From positions 447,061 to 467,060 of the forward strand of contig WELA01001035.1 of assembly GCA_009602735.1 (NCBI GenBank): a stretch of DNA of 20,000 bases. The letters run 5' to 3'. Every line of letters starts with the position of its first letter. Position 1 is the stretch's first letter. This DNA comes from Mesotaenium endlicherianum (lineage: Eukaryota). The position numbers were made by a program, and so were the translations under genes. Below are positions 18,791 to 20,000 of this stretch, piece by piece. The notes under the pieces were generated by a model. It searched no databases. It saw nothing but the letters and a program-made list of their open reading frames with translations, and was not told the DNA's origin.

Positions 18791-20000
18791 CTGCGGAAGG
18801 GCTAATCGATGCATGAAGTAAGACTTGGCTTACTTCACTTCTAGCAAGCACTATCGGCCGCGTAGTCAGTACCACTGTAGTATGCACTGCTCGCTCGTGC
18901 GAACAAGGAACCTTGGTCTTTTGTAGATCTTGCTCAGTGACATCTTCACATATTTTGGGCTACGCGATTGAGTCCAATTGCTAGCTAAAGCATTTTAATT
19001 GCAGCCTTCTCGCGTTTCACTGTGGACGTCAATAAATTTAAAAAGTTCTTATAAGTCGCCACATTCGCAAGCTCTTTGACTTCTCATACCATTTAGTTCT
19101 TTGAGCCAATCACAATCAAACATGATGATGTTCACTTTCTAATGGAACCCTTTAGATTGTTTTGACTTGAACCTTATAAATCTCACCTGCTTTATGAATA
19201 CCCGCGCTCACTGTCATATGGGTTTCATAAAACCCATGTCACGAAAGTGGATTTTCATAATAGATACCATCCCATGCCACATGCTACACGTTTGCTCATA
19301 TATCCTCCACACTTGAATAGAAACTGATATATGTTTGGAATCGCACGAATGTCAACCTCGAACTGGTAGGGGCAGATCTTTCACAACCTGTTTGATGCAA
19401 GTTACAAAGAAATCCATTTACAGCCCCGCTACTACTGCATGTCAAGTAGCTCGGGTCAAAAGTTGCTGTAACACGTGTGTATACACCCCTCTGGACCAAA
19501 ATCGTATATTACGTGACAAACAAGAATATATACTTTTGCTTTGTACATACAGCTTGCCGCCTAAGAAATTGACATGGAAATATACGACTGTCTAACTAGT
19601 CCTTATGTACAAGAGCTATGAAACTTTGACTAGCCAGAAATCTCCATATCTAGCGACCTCAGCTGTTCATGAATCCCAAGAAAAAATAGTTCTCAGAAGA
19701 ACACCACCACCAACACCACACTACCATCAGCAAACCAGGCGCAACACCACAATGACAGTCCACCAATTACCCCACCACCACCGTTAGCGGCAGCTTTAGC
19801 CTACTATGGCGATTGCACAGGTGCTTAATATTGTAAACCCCACACCAAACTTAAAAGATGCCCATGACTACATGCCTGCCCCTTGCATCCACTATCTAGA
19901 GTTCAGCATTGGAGGAGATTCTGCAGCACAAGCAGAGTCGCGCACTCAATCAGCCACCAGCTGTCAACGCCCCCTCCAAGAATCTGCTTCCAGCGAGCCC

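Overview
Eukaryotic nuclear DNA from a green-lineage organism. The exon sequences and the repeat-rich, ~0.1-1.3 kb introns suggest a streptophyte alga, but that assignment is inference. The window holds two intron-rich genes arranged head-to-head, with start codons ~950 bp apart. (1) Minus strand: the 5' part (7 coding exons, 4616->447, running off the left edge) of a plastid acyl-activating enzyme of the AAE15/AAE16 (cyanobacterial Aas-like acyl-ACP synthetase) type, including one GC-AG intron. (2) Plus strand: a complete 14-exon gene (5571..18790, 1848 nt CDS, 615 aa by my manual splicing, all junction phases consistent). It encodes a cyanobacterial-type M16B peptidase-family subunit that lacks the HXXEH zinc motif but keeps the R...Y pair. 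Its N-terminus looks like a bipartite (stroma + thylakoid lumen) targeting peptide ending in A-A-A. Most interesting points: a candidate non-catalytic half of a thylakoid-lumen M16B heterodimer, and an unusual intron polarity with pyrimidine/C tracts after donors and G/purine-rich acceptors lacking polypyrimidine tracts. Most ORFs in the supplied track are spurious translations of intronic microsatellites. I saw no rRNA, tRNA, CRISPR array or transposase.
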